Of a stretch of 64,000 nt of DNA, positions 9,977 through 18,681 are shown piece after piece (position 1 is the stretch's first letter; each line of letters opens with the position of its first letter). The notes beneath the pieces were generated by a model, which was given only the letters and a program-made list of their open reading frames with translations, ran no database searches and was not told where the DNA came from. The position numbers and the translations under genes are program-made. This DNA is from a bacterium (GTDB lineage Bacteria > Hydrothermota > UBA3072 > JAPDKE01): positions 15,107 through 79,106 of the forward strand of contig JAPDKE010000034.1 in NCBI GenBank assembly GCA_029258725.1, given 5' to 3'.

Positions 9977-11765
9977 AAATTTTCCTTTTCACAGGTCTCT
10001 TTTTTGGAATTATTCCTATATCCATCTCCTTTTTCCTATCCCCCGGTCTCAGGTAGATGTAAAGCAAAAGGTCGGGAGGATTCAGGGTATAGCCGGGTGG
10101 AAGATTCCTCACCCCCAGGATGTAGAATCCAGGGAGCAAATTTCCCAGAATGTAATCCCCTTTTGAATCGGTTATCGTGAAGTAATGGGTATCTTTTATG
10201 TAAATCACGGTATTTGGAACCCCCTCCTCTCCATAGTCCCATCTTCCATTTTCATTTCTGTCATAAAAGACCTTTCCTGATATGTATGCGAGGGTGGTTA
10301 TTGGGAAATCAATCCTCACTTTATCAAACCACCCCACCCTGAACTTCTTTTCCTCAAACCGTGCACCATAAGATGCGGGTAAATTCCCCAGGTCTATGTA
10401 AACTCTGTGGAATCCAGGTGCAAGTCTTTCAAATCTGTATCTCCCTGAATAGTCTGTCTTGACAGTATCCTTATCATCCAGAACCATTCTCACTCCCCTT
10501 ACCACAGGTTCTCCCTTATCGTATTTTTTATTGTTATTCTCATCATAGAATACAATCCCCTCCACTCTTCCAAATCCCCTCTTTTCTATCTCTCCCCCCT
10601 GCCCAAGGTAGAAAGAAAGAGAGGTTGATGATGGACAGCGTGATATGTCCATGTTGATGGAAAAACTTTTCCAGTAAAAGGAAAGTCCAAAGTCTGCGGA
10701 AGAGAATTCACGATTAAAAAAGTTGAGGTTAAAGGAGGTGGAGAGAGAGGGAACGGGCTTCACCCTGAGATAGAAAGCAAATCTTGAGGAATTTATATCG
10801 TTTCTTTTTACTTCACTCCTTATCCCGGTGGAGTAGTAGGGAGAGGGGGAAAGGAATAGACCAATGGATACCCTTTTTTCAGGATTTGCACCCCATACTG
10901 CATCTCCATGAAGTTCTCCTTTCACAAATTTATATTTTTTGAATAAAGACCCTCCCATTCCAAAGAATCCTCCATCCTGGAATCCCTCCCTGAATCTCAA
11001 GGAAAAGAAATTATACGAAAATGTATGGAAGAATTTTATATATCCGGTTTTCTTTATTCCAGCGGATATTGCGTGGAACATATTTATAAAAGGAAAACGG
11101 TAACCAAGACCTCCGGTGAGGGAAAGATTGAAAGAGGGGGTTCGTGAAAGATAGGACGAAATATAATGAGAGGAATAAACCCTCAGGGTTCCAAAAAGGT
11201 AAAATGGGTCGGTTTTTGAGTACTTCATAAATAATCCAGAAAATGGACGCATGGCAGACGTATCCCTCCATATACCCCCCGTAAAAACACCTCTGAAATG
11301 TCCTGTCTTTATTCTCAGGTTGAGTCTGGATATAAACAGACCATTATTTTCCTGCCTTATCACTCCCTCTGTTTTTATGAACTTCATTACGGAGTCCACA
11401 CCAAAGAAGAGGAAAAACTTATTGTCCTGGAAAGTAGGTGAGAAAGAAGACAGGAGGTCCTGGAGTTTACCTCCGCCTCCATAACATTTTTTATATTTTA
11501 CACCAATTCCCAGCATTCTTGGATAACCTCCAGATGGAAGTTCAATCTCCGGGCGGAATATACCTGCCTCAAATCCCCTGTACCTGAAATAAACGGTTCT
11601 CATTCCCTTTTCCAAGGGAGTCCTTCCACCCTCTATGAGGAAGTTCCACCCGGGTTGATAAAGGGAGAGGAGTATGGAACCCCGGTATTCTTTTTCTTCC
11701 ATAAACGTTGTTAATTGATGGGATGTCTCCCACCGGTACGAGATAAAAGAAAGAATAAGAATCAT
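9969..11765 (-). CDS. Putative outer-membrane beta-barrel protein with two C-terminal CarboxypepD_reg/CNA-B-like beta-sandwich domains (usher-like?)
   Basis: 598-aa ORF. About 380 aa is rich in alternating aromatic/Gly beta-strand pattern. It is followed by two about 90-aa repeats (GRYRFERLAPGFHRVYID ; GDYILGNLLPGFYILGV) of the transthyretin/SdrD-B-like fold. ATGA coupling to the upstream PapD-like gene. Confidence 0.45.
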   Translation of the reverse strand: MILILSFISYRWETSHQLTTFMEEKEYRGSILLSLYQPGWNFLIEGGRTPLEKGMRTVYFRYRGFEAGIFRPEIELPSGGYPRMLGIGVKYKKCYGGGGKLQDLLSSFSPTFQDNKFFLFFGVDSVMKFIKTEGVIRQENNGLFISRLNLRIKTGHFRGVFTGGIWRDTSAMRPFSGLFMKYSKTDPFYLFGTLRVYSSHYISSYLSRTPSFNLSLTGGLGYRFPFINMFHAISAGIKKTGYIKFFHTFSYNFFSLRFREGFQDGGFFGMGGSLFKKYKFVKGELHGDAVWGANPEKRVSIGLFLSPSPYYSTGIRSEVKRNDINSSRFAFYLRVKPVPSLSTSFNLNFFNREFSSADFGLSFYWKSFSINMDISRCPSSTSLSFYLGQGGEIEKRGFGRVEGIVFYDENNNKKYDKGEPVVRGVRMVLDDKDTVKTDYSGRYRFERLAPGFHRVYIDLGNLPASYGARFEEKKFRVGWFDKVRIDFPITTLAYISGKVFYDRNENGRWDYGEEGVPNTVIYIKDTHYFTITDSKGDYILGNLLPGFYILGVRNLPPGYTLNPPDLLLYIYLRPGDRKKEMDIGIIPKKRPVKRKIFR

Positions 11766-12472
11766 CTCACCAGTATCTCTCTTTCCCCCTCAAGGATTTC
11801 AAGACCACCGTAGTCTATCCGCGCAATAACCCTGAATCTTCCCTTCTTTTTGAAGGGAAAGGCAAACACCCGCCTGGAATGCCTCAGGACCGTTTCCCCC
11901 TCCACCTTTTTCTCATAAACCTTCTCCGCACCATCCCATACGGTTATAGTTACAGATGGTTTCAGCCTGCAGTTTCCATCATTTGAAAATTCAACAAAAA
12001 TTGTATCTCCTTCATATGTTATATTCTTTATATCCCCGTTTTTCACAACCGTATTCGCAGCCTTGATGTAAAGTGCACAAACGACCTCACCTTCCAGAAC
12101 CACGGTTGGTTTCCACACCTTTGGAAGCCTCACGGACCGGAAGACAAGAACACCTGAATATTCTCCACGGGCATTCTGAGGCAAATTTACCGTAAATCTC
12201 ACGGTTTTTTTCTCCCCGGGGAGAATTGTGAATGAAAGGGGGTTTACCTCAACATATTCGTGACAGGAAAATGGATACACTCCCGGGTCAAGCCATTTAA
12301 CCTTGCCCCTTGCATCTATTACAAAATCCTCTTTTTTAACCTCGATGAACAGTGTTTCCCTGCTTACATTGGTAATTCTTATTGATTTTGTGACTGCTCT
12401 TCCTGGAAATACAACTAAATCAAAAGAAGGAGGGGAAAGGAGAAATCCAAACCCTGAGAGAACAAATAGCAA
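11762..12472 (-). CDS. Secreted two-domain Ig-like protein, PapD/MSP-like periplasmic chaperone fold (putative)
   Basis: 236-aa ORF with signal peptide. Domain 1 is VVFPGRAVTKSIRITNVSRETLFIEV...FTILPGEKKTVRFTV, the classic PapD-like/CARDB-like strand pattern. A second beta-sandwich follows. Its size matches pilus chaperones. Confidence 0.4.
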   Translation of the reverse strand: MLFVLSGFGFLLSPPSFDLVVFPGRAVTKSIRITNVSRETLFIEVKKEDFVIDARGKVKWLDPGVYPFSCHEYVEVNPLSFTILPGEKKTVRFTVNLPQNARGEYSGVLVFRSVRLPKVWKPTVVLEGEVVCALYIKAANTVVKNGDIKNITYEGDTIFVEFSNDGNCRLKPSVTITVWDGAEKVYEKKVEGETVLRHSRRVFAFPFKKKGRFRVIARIDYGGLEILEGEREILVR

Positions 12473-12497
12473 GGATTCCTCCCTTCCCCTTTACCTT

Positions 12498-13040
12498 TTA
12501 CAGTGCGTAGACCCTGTATCTGACCCAGGTGGTGTATGTTCCTGCCGGGTCGTCAGCCTGTGCCTCAAATCTGTAATCCTCGTCGTGGGCTTCCCATCCC
12601 GTGGTTTTTGAACCACTTGCATGGTTTGTCCAGCCATTGCTGAAGTCCTCGTATGTTCCATCCCCCGCAGGACTCCACTCAAGCTGGGTTATTGGAATGT
12701 CTGCGTCAAAGTCATCACCGCATGCATCAAGATACCAGGTCTTTGTTGGAGAGTTGGAGAACACCTCTATGTCCACGGTTGGGCTGGTTGCAGGGTCTGT
12801 GGGGTCATAGTACGCGGGGAAGGAAGCAGGAGGATAACCAGCAGCATCAAGGTCAAATACCACAATATCGCCTGAGGCATCGGTTTCAAGATAGAGTCCT
12901 ATTCTTTCGGGGATGATAACCTGAACCTGAACGGAGTCAACCAGTGTGTCTGGAGGAGCACCTATCTGGCGACCAAGTCCAAAAAGGTTGAGGGGTAAAA
13001 CTACCAGAGCAAAAAGGAAAATGCACTTCCTCATACCCAC
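12498..13040 (-). CDS. Secreted acidic protein (candidate structural subunit), atypical composition
   Basis: 180-aa ORF with a clear signal peptide (MGMRKCIFLFALVVLPLNLFG). The mature part is Asp/Thr/Pro/Gly-rich with only 3 Lys, which is strikingly unlike the flanking K/E-rich proteins. The DNA is visibly GC-richer. Confidence 0.5.
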   Translation of the reverse strand: MGMRKCIFLFALVVLPLNLFGLGRQIGAPPDTLVDSVQVQVIIPERIGLYLETDASGDIVVFDLDAAGYPPASFPAYYDPTDPATSPTVDIEVFSNSPTKTWYLDACGDDFDADIPITQLEWSPAGDGTYEDFSNGWTNHASGSKTTGWEAHDEDYRFEAQADDPAGTYTTWVRYRVYAL

Positions 13041-13047
13041 CTCCTTT

Positions 13048-13476
13048 TTAATCGTTTGCCCTCAAGACAAAGATAAAGGGAACGGTAAACCTTCCCGCCC
13101 CTATCTCCCAGCCTACCCTTATCTTGAGGTCAAGGGTTATGAGTTTTTCCTCCGTGGGACCTCCCTTTGCTATGTCAAAGTTTTCATCCTTTCTCAGGGG
13201 GCGATACTCTCCATCAGGAAGTTTCCATTCCATTATATCCAGGGGAATGATTTTCCCGGTTTCATCCCTGAACTCTTCAGGGACCTTAAAGGAAAGAACC
13301 CAGTCGGTGTTTGCCTTTACCCTCAACCTTATCGCCCCCCTCTTTTCCACATCCTTTCCAGGGTCTATCTCACCGAAGTCCACAAACTTCGTAAGAACCT
13401 CCAGCGAGATGGTTGGCTCCACCTCAAACTCAACAACCGCCCTGTCCTCAACGGCAAAAAGCAGTAGCCACAGCAT
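13048..13476 (-). CDS. Small secreted beta-rich protein (candidate minor subunit), first gene of the operon
   Basis: 142-aa ORF. AGGA lies 5 nt before the ATG. It has a hydrophobic N-terminus and all-beta-like sequence (WVLSFKVPEEF...MEWKLPDGEY). Confidence 0.45.
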   Translation of the reverse strand: MLWLLLFAVEDRAVVEFEVEPTISLEVLTKFVDFGEIDPGKDVEKRGAIRLRVKANTDWVLSFKVPEEFRDETGKIIPLDIMEWKLPDGEYRPLRKDENFDIAKGGPTEEKLITLDLKIRVGWEIGAGRFTVPFIFVLRAND

Positions 13477-13537
13477 CTCATCCTAAATTTAATATCAAAA
13501 AGCAAATTTGTCAAGTTCTGGTTTAAGTTTTTGCTGG

Positions 13538-13566
13538 ATTGACAAAATAAAAGAGGGGGGTATAAT
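13538..13566 (+). promoter_or_regulatory. Sigma70-type promoter (TTGACA - 16/17 nt - TATAAT) for the trmH-like gene
   Basis: ttgacaaaataaaagaggggggTATAAT sits immediately upstream of the start at 13575 and is read directly from the sequence. Confidence 0.55.
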
Positions 13567-13574
13567 GCAGATGG

Positions 13575-14150
13575 ATGACAGAAAGAAGAAAAAGAAGGAT
13601 AGAGGAGGTTTTATCAAAAAGACAGCATGACCTTGTTCTTGTCCTGGAGGACCTCTACAAAGAGCATAATGTGAGTGCAATTATAAGGTCTGCGGATGCA
13701 TTTGGGGTCCTGAGGATTTATGTTGTCAAGGAGGGAGAATTCAGGTATGCCCCTTCAGTTTCACGGGGTTCTGAGGAGTGGGTTGATGTTATCGTAACAT
13801 CGTCTATAGAAGACGTTCTTGTGGAATTAAAGGGCAAGGGATTTCAGATAGTTGCAACATACCTTGGAGAGGGAACAGTGAGACCTGAGGAGGTTGATTT
13901 TACCCTTCCCACTGCAATAGTTCTGGGAAACGAACTTGAGGGGGTGAGTGAAAAGGTGATTGAAATCTCGGATGTGAGGGTAAAGATACCCACCATAGGT
14001 ATGGTTACGAGCCTCAATGTCTCTGTGGCATGTGGAATATTACTTTACGAGGCGATGAAACAGAGGGAAAGGAAGGGGTTCTTCAGGGAAAGAAGACTCC
14101 CTCCTGAACTGTACGAGTGGATGAGGAAAAGATGGATGGAGAATACCTGA
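13575..14150 (+). CDS. SpoU/TrmH-family RNA 2'-O-methyltransferase
   Basis: Motifs HNVSAIIRSADAFGV, IVLGNELEGVS and VTSLNVSVACGILLYE identify the SPOUT class. 191 aa. Confidence 0.8.
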   Translation: MTERRKRRIEEVLSKRQHDLVLVLEDLYKEHNVSAIIRSADAFGVLRIYVVKEGEFRYAPSVSRGSEEWVDVIVTSSIEDVLVELKGKGFQIVATYLGEGTVRPEEVDFTLPTAIVLGNELEGVSEKVIEISDVRVKIPTIGMVTSLNVSVACGILLYEAMKQRERKGFFRERRLPPELYEWMRKRWMENT

Positions 14151-16120
14151 GGTATCTTGAGGAGCATTTTGGTAAAAGAGAAAAGGTCCTTTTTGAATAT
14201 GCAAAACCATTTATTGAAAAATACCTTCTTATTCCCGAGGAGATAAAAAATCCACCTTACATCATTATTACTGAAAGAAAAGAGAGGGAAAGAATACTTG
14301 AAATGATCAGGGGAATGGAGGAGTATATCTCAGAGGGAAGAGAGGAGGCATGGGAGGAGAAGGGAGCCTCTTTTTTAACCTATCTCTCCGAACTTTATCC
14401 TGAATGGGAGAAAACCTATGGGAAACCCGTGCTGCTGGAGCTTGGATTGAGGAATCTTATTGCCCACAGGATATCCCCATCCTCTCTCTTACCCGAATTC
14501 TCAGAGCGTATAAATGCGGTGTTTCACTGGGCAAGAGAAAAAATGCCTCCCCATCCGCTCTTTTCCAGAGTGAGGAAATGTTTTCTTATTCCCGATGATG
14601 CCTTCAATCTTAAAAGAGAATCCATTGAATTTTTTGTTTCTCCCTATATTCCCCCTTCCCTTTTCTGGAAAATCCTGGAAGAGGTGAAGGTGGAAAGAAT
14701 GGAAAAGACAGAAGAGGAGGTGAAAAAGGAGGTCGAACCCTCTATTTCCCTTCTTTTGAAAGGTATAGAACCACTTCTCATGGATTTCCCTCATTCTGCA
14801 GGGGAGATAATAAAAAGGCTTGAAAGAGCGAAGGAAAGCCTTGTTCTGAAAGAGCAGGAGTTCAGGGAGAGGAAAAAGAAAAGGGAAATAGCAGTCTCAA
14901 TACCGGAGTTCCTGAGAAAACTCATCCACCTTCCTGAACTCGAACACGAGGTCGTTATGGATATTCTGAGAGAGAGTATGCCTGAAAAGTACACAAAAGG
15001 TAGATTGAGAAGGGAGGTGGATTTTGATGCATTTGAGCAGGATTACCGTGCCTTACTTGACAGACTTCTTCCTTCCATTGCACTCAAGGTTCTTGAAACA
15101 ATGGTGAGGGTGTGGATACCTGAAAAAATCATCCTGGATGAGGCAAGGTACTTTGGATTTAAGATGAGAAAAAAGGAAGTATTTTTTATACCACCAAAGG
15201 ACTATCATGAAATAAAGGAAGAAAAATGGGAAAGAATAGTTGCGGTCCTTGTCTATGATATAAGGGGGTCGTCATTCATGGGAGAAAAACTTGGATGTGC
15301 AAAAAAGGAGAGTGAGATAAGGAATCTATTTCAGGAAAGGATGGCGAAGGTTGGGAGGAAGTATGGAGCTTTTCTCCTGAAGGATACAGGGGATGGCGGA
15401 ATTTTCTTTTTCTCAGAAAACTCGGACTCCCTTTATCTTTCCTATCTCTCTGCAAGGGAGAAGGGGAGATACCCTGAACCTCAGGAACTCATACCAGGGG
15501 AGGATGCAGGATACAGGGCTGTTCTCTGCGCGCGCGACATGGTGGTGGAAGCGGAGAAGTTTGTAAAGGAACATCTTGAGAAGTATGCAGAGTGGTTCAC
15601 GGAGATTGAGGAGAAAAAGATTGAATTTGGAGGGATTGTTTATCAGCGTCTTCCTCCATCCTATAGAGAAATATTCAGAATAGGAGTGGGAATAGCAGGA
15701 GGATTGCCTCCAGATGATGTGTGGTTTGAGATAAATGCCTTTGGGGATGGGGACCTTACCGGAAGGCTTGTGAGGGATGCGACCCTCTTCTCAAAGGCAA
15801 AACACCCTGAAAGGTCGGTAATACTTGCAGATGAGCTTGTTGTGAGTAATTTTATACTGAGGGTTGAATCCTTTGAGTATGAAAAGGAGGAAAAAGAAGA
15901 GGGTATGGCCCCGGAAAATCCCGAGGTCCTTTTCCTTCACGAACTTTTCACCTGGTACCGGGGAGGAAAGAACTATAAGGTAAAACAGGCAAGGGTAAAA
16001 ATAGAAAGGGTAATGAAGGAAGGCATGGAGTATGAGGGAATGAGGATAGGGGAGAGGAAGGAGGGAGTGGACAGAAAGAGCGGGAAGGTGAAGAGTGTCT
16101 ATGAAATCCTGGTAACATAA
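14117..16120 (+). CDS. Large cytoplasmic protein with a class-III nucleotidyl cyclase (CHD)-like domain after a 370-aa helical N-region
   Basis: 667-aa ORF. The C-terminal half has VAVLVYDIRGSSFMGEKLG (like F.DI.GFT), LLKDTGDGGIFFF (like K.IGD..MAVF), RIGVGIAGG (like R[IV]GIH.G.V..G) and FGDGDLTGRLVRDAT (like GD.VN.A.R.E). It overlaps the trmH-like gene by 34 nt. Confidence 0.5.
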   Translation: MDEEKMDGEYLRYLEEHFGKREKVLFEYAKPFIEKYLLIPEEIKNPPYIIITERKERERILEMIRGMEEYISEGREEAWEEKGASFLTYLSELYPEWEKTYGKPVLLELGLRNLIAHRISPSSLLPEFSERINAVFHWAREKMPPHPLFSRVRKCFLIPDDAFNLKRESIEFFVSPYIPPSLFWKILEEVKVERMEKTEEEVKKEVEPSISLLLKGIEPLLMDFPHSAGEIIKRLERAKESLVLKEQEFRERKKKREIAVSIPEFLRKLIHLPELEHEVVMDILRESMPEKYTKGRLRREVDFDAFEQDYRALLDRLLPSIALKVLETMVRVWIPEKIILDEARYFGFKMRKKEVFFIPPKDYHEIKEEKWERIVAVLVYDIRGSSFMGEKLGCAKKESEIRNLFQERMAKVGRKYGAFLLKDTGDGGIFFFSENSDSLYLSYLSAREKGRYPEPQELIPGEDAGYRAVLCARDMVVEAEKFVKEHLEKYAEWFTEIEEKKIEFGGIVYQRLPPSYREIFRIGVGIAGGLPPDDVWFEINAFGDGDLTGRLVRDATLFSKAKHPERSVILADELVVSNFILRVESFEYEKEEKEEGMAPENPEVLFLHELFTWYRGGKNYKVKQARVKIERVMKEGMEYEGMRIGERKEGVDRKSGKVKSVYEILVT

Positions 16121-16125
16121 AGGAG

Positions 16126-16998
16126 GTGGATATGGGAGAGCATCCTGTGGTTGAGGAAAGTATATCTCTTTTTAAGGAGGCTGGAGAACGCGCCCCGGAA
16201 CTTGAGGGTGTTCCAACCGGGATAGAGGGGCTTGATGACCTTTTCTTCACCGCGGTTATGAAAAAGGGAAACCCCAAAAAGATATCCCTTGGAGGAATTC
16301 CAAGATACGCAATATTCAATCTCACAGGAATTGCGGATACCGGTAAAAGTCTTATGGTTGAGCAGTTTGCAATAACACGTGCGGGGGCAGGGGAAAAGGT
16401 TGTTTTTATAACGGTTGAATCACCGGCTCCCTTTGTTGCAGCAGGGATGAAGGAAAGGGCGAAGATAATGGGTGTACCGGAGGAAAACGTTGAGGAGAAT
16501 ATAATCTTCATAGATGCTGCATCCTATCATGTGGTAAGAGAGGATATTCTTTCATTACTTAATACCCTTGCACATGTGATAAAAACCTACAAAACCCAGC
16601 ACGTCGTTGTTGACTCAATAACAGGGCTTTATGAAAACAGGGAAATGATGGCAAGGCAGGTTGTGAGGCAGATATTCAACTTCCTGAAGAAGTGGCACCA
16701 GACAGGTCTGCTTGTATCCCAGAAGCGTTCAGGACACGAGGCATTCTCATCAGAGGCGGCAGGGGGTTATGCGGTTGCACACATAGTTGATGGGACTTTT
16801 GTTCTTTTCAAGGAGACGATAGATTCAAACTACAAGGAGAGAATGTACGGATTGCCCATAGGGGAGATGGTGAGGTTATTCAGGATAGATGGATGCAGAC
16901 TGTGCGGTCACGATGCAGAGACCCATTTGTTTGAAATAACAGAGGGAGGACTTGTCCGTATAGGTCCATCTCTTGCTGAATTGAAAAAGAAGAAATGA
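16126..16998 (+). CDS. KaiC/RadA-like single-domain RecA-superfamily ATPase
   Basis: PTGIEGLDDLF...G...YAIFNLTGIADTGKSLMVEQFA matches the KaiC-domain N-terminus including Walker A. A Walker B-like motif is HVVVDSITGL. There is a C-terminal CRLCGH motif. It begins 6 nt after the cyclase-like gene. Confidence 0.75.
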   Translation: MDMGEHPVVEESISLFKEAGERAPELEGVPTGIEGLDDLFFTAVMKKGNPKKISLGGIPRYAIFNLTGIADTGKSLMVEQFAITRAGAGEKVVFITVESPAPFVAAGMKERAKIMGVPEENVEENIIFIDAASYHVVREDILSLLNTLAHVIKTYKTQHVVVDSITGLYENREMMARQVVRQIFNFLKKWHQTGLLVSQKRSGHEAFSSEAAGGYAVAHIVDGTFVLFKETIDSNYKERMYGLPIGEMVRLFRIDGCRLCGHDAETHLFEITEGGLVRIGPSLAELKKKK

Positions 16999-18062
16999 TA
17001 CTGAGAAGATATGTCCTCAGGGAATTTTTCATTGCCTCCCTTTACTCGGGATTCGCATTTGTATTCATATATCACATAACCCACCTTTTTGAACGCATAG
17101 GGAAGTACATAGACAGGAAAATACCCATTCATAAATTGCTTGTTTTTTACCTTTACTTCACCCCCCAGGTTCTTTCCCTTATACTTCCCTTGATCTTCAT
17201 GCTCGGTCTTTTTTTCTCGCTCGGGAAATTATCCAGAAACAATGAAATCCTTGCTGTGAGGTCTCTTGGAATATCTCCGGCTGTTCTTGTAAAACCCATT
17301 GTTTTCATCGGGGTTATCACGATTTTTTTATTCGCCTGCTTTAACCAGTTTTTGGTTCCTCCCTCAAACTTCAAAATGAGAAAGTGGGAGCAGGAGAATC
17401 TTTATGGAGTAAAGAGGGGAAAGAAAAGATACTTTCATCATCTTGAGGTCCTTGACGAGAAGGGAAGGATGATAACCGTGGGATTTTATGATGCAAAAAA
17501 GAGGGTGATGAGGGATGTTGAGGTAACCCGATATAAAGAGGGAAGGATAACCGAAAATCTTTATGCAAAAAGAGGTGTGTATAAGGGTAAGCTGTGGAAA
17601 CTTACGGAGGTCTGGAGAAGAAAATTTCATAAAGAGCAGGAAAAACTTGAGCATCTTGACTCACTTTACCTTGACCTTCCACCCCCTCTTTATTTTGAAA
17701 GGGAAAAAAGGAAGCCGGATGAGATGGCATTTTTTGAACTCTACTCTCACATAAAAAGAGTGGAAAGCACAGGAGGGGTTGCAACCGGAGAAAAAATAGA
17801 GCTCTACATGAGGTTTTCCTATGCCTTCATCCCTCTGATTCTTATTTTCTACGGTGCTCCCCTTGCAGTGAGTGTCAAAAAGAGAGGGTTTGGTTTTGGA
17901 TTTGGATGGACCTTGTTTATTTCATTTATTTACTGGGGAACGCTCGAAACCTTCAGGGCAATGGGGGTAAAGGGAAGCCTTCCCCCCGCACTTTCCGCAT
18001 GGATTCCAAACATCATGTTTTTCCTGGTGGGACTCTTCATCAATCTCTGGAGGAGAATATGA
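16995..18062 (+). CDS. LptF/LptG-family (YjgP/YjgQ) LPS export permease
   Basis: N-terminal MILRRYVLREFF, a six-TM layout with a large periplasmic loop, 355 aa. ATGA-coupled to the KaiC-like gene. Confidence 0.8.
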   Translation: MILRRYVLREFFIASLYSGFAFVFIYHITHLFERIGKYIDRKIPIHKLLVFYLYFTPQVLSLILPLIFMLGLFFSLGKLSRNNEILAVRSLGISPAVLVKPIVFIGVITIFLFACFNQFLVPPSNFKMRKWEQENLYGVKRGKKRYFHHLEVLDEKGRMITVGFYDAKKRVMRDVEVTRYKEGRITENLYAKRGVYKGKLWKLTEVWRRKFHKEQEKLEHLDSLYLDLPPPLYFEREKRKPDEMAFFELYSHIKRVESTGGVATGEKIELYMRFSYAFIPLILIFYGAPLAVSVKKRGFGFGFGWTLFISFIYWGTLETFRAMGVKGSLPPALSAWIPNIMFFLVGLFINLWRRI

Positions 18063-18681
18063 CCCTTACCTCCTTAACATCCCACAGAGGTGAAAGGGTT
18101 TCCTCAATCTCCTCCTTTATATGGGATGCAAAGTCCCTCTGTGCTGGAATGTTTAAGTAAACAGTGACAACCCCATCCTTTATCTCATAATCCTTAACCG
18201 TCCCAACCCTTATAACATCCATCCCTGCCGCAGGGTCAATAACATGCTCAAGCCTTTCTCTTATAACCTCCTTATCCGTTGGCTTTTTCTCCTTCAATAT
18301 TCCGTGTGTATGCTCGTAGTTCTCTATTGCCCTTTTTATGGCATCCACCGCAAGAACCGCACAGTGAACCTTCACAGGAGGCAATCCTCCAAGGGCATCC
18401 ACAACATCCTTCCATGAAATCTTCTTTGCCTCCTCAAGGGTCTTTCCCTTTACCATCTCGGTTGCCATGGATGCCGTTGCTATGTTGGATGCACATCCAA
18501 AGGATTCAAACTTTATATCCTCAATCACCAAAGTTTGAGGGTTTACCTTTAAATAAACCCTGACCATATCCCCACATGCAGGGCTTCCCTCAGATGCCTT
18601 TGCATCAGGATTTTCTATCTTTCCAGCATTCCTTGGATTTAGAAAGTGCTCAATTACCTTCTGAGAATAGGGTGTCTTCAT
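18040..18681 (-). CDS. nifU: NifU/IscU-type Fe-S scaffold fused to a C-terminal DUF59-like domain
   Basis: The IscU core has the three Cys motifs (PACGDMVRV, GCASNIA, VKVHCAVLA). The C-terminal 85 aa (VIDPAAGMDVIRVGTV...) parallels the standalone DUF59 gene at 19832..20131 but lacks its Cys. Confidence 0.85.
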   Translation of the reverse strand: MKTPYSQKVIEHFLNPRNAGKIENPDAKASEGSPACGDMVRVYLKVNPQTLVIEDIKFESFGCASNIATASMATEMVKGKTLEEAKKISWKDVVDALGGLPPVKVHCAVLAVDAIKRAIENYEHTHGILKEKKPTDKEVIRERLEHVIDPAAGMDVIRVGTVKDYEIKDGVVTVYLNIPAQRDFASHIKEEIEETLSPLWDVKEVRVIFSSRD

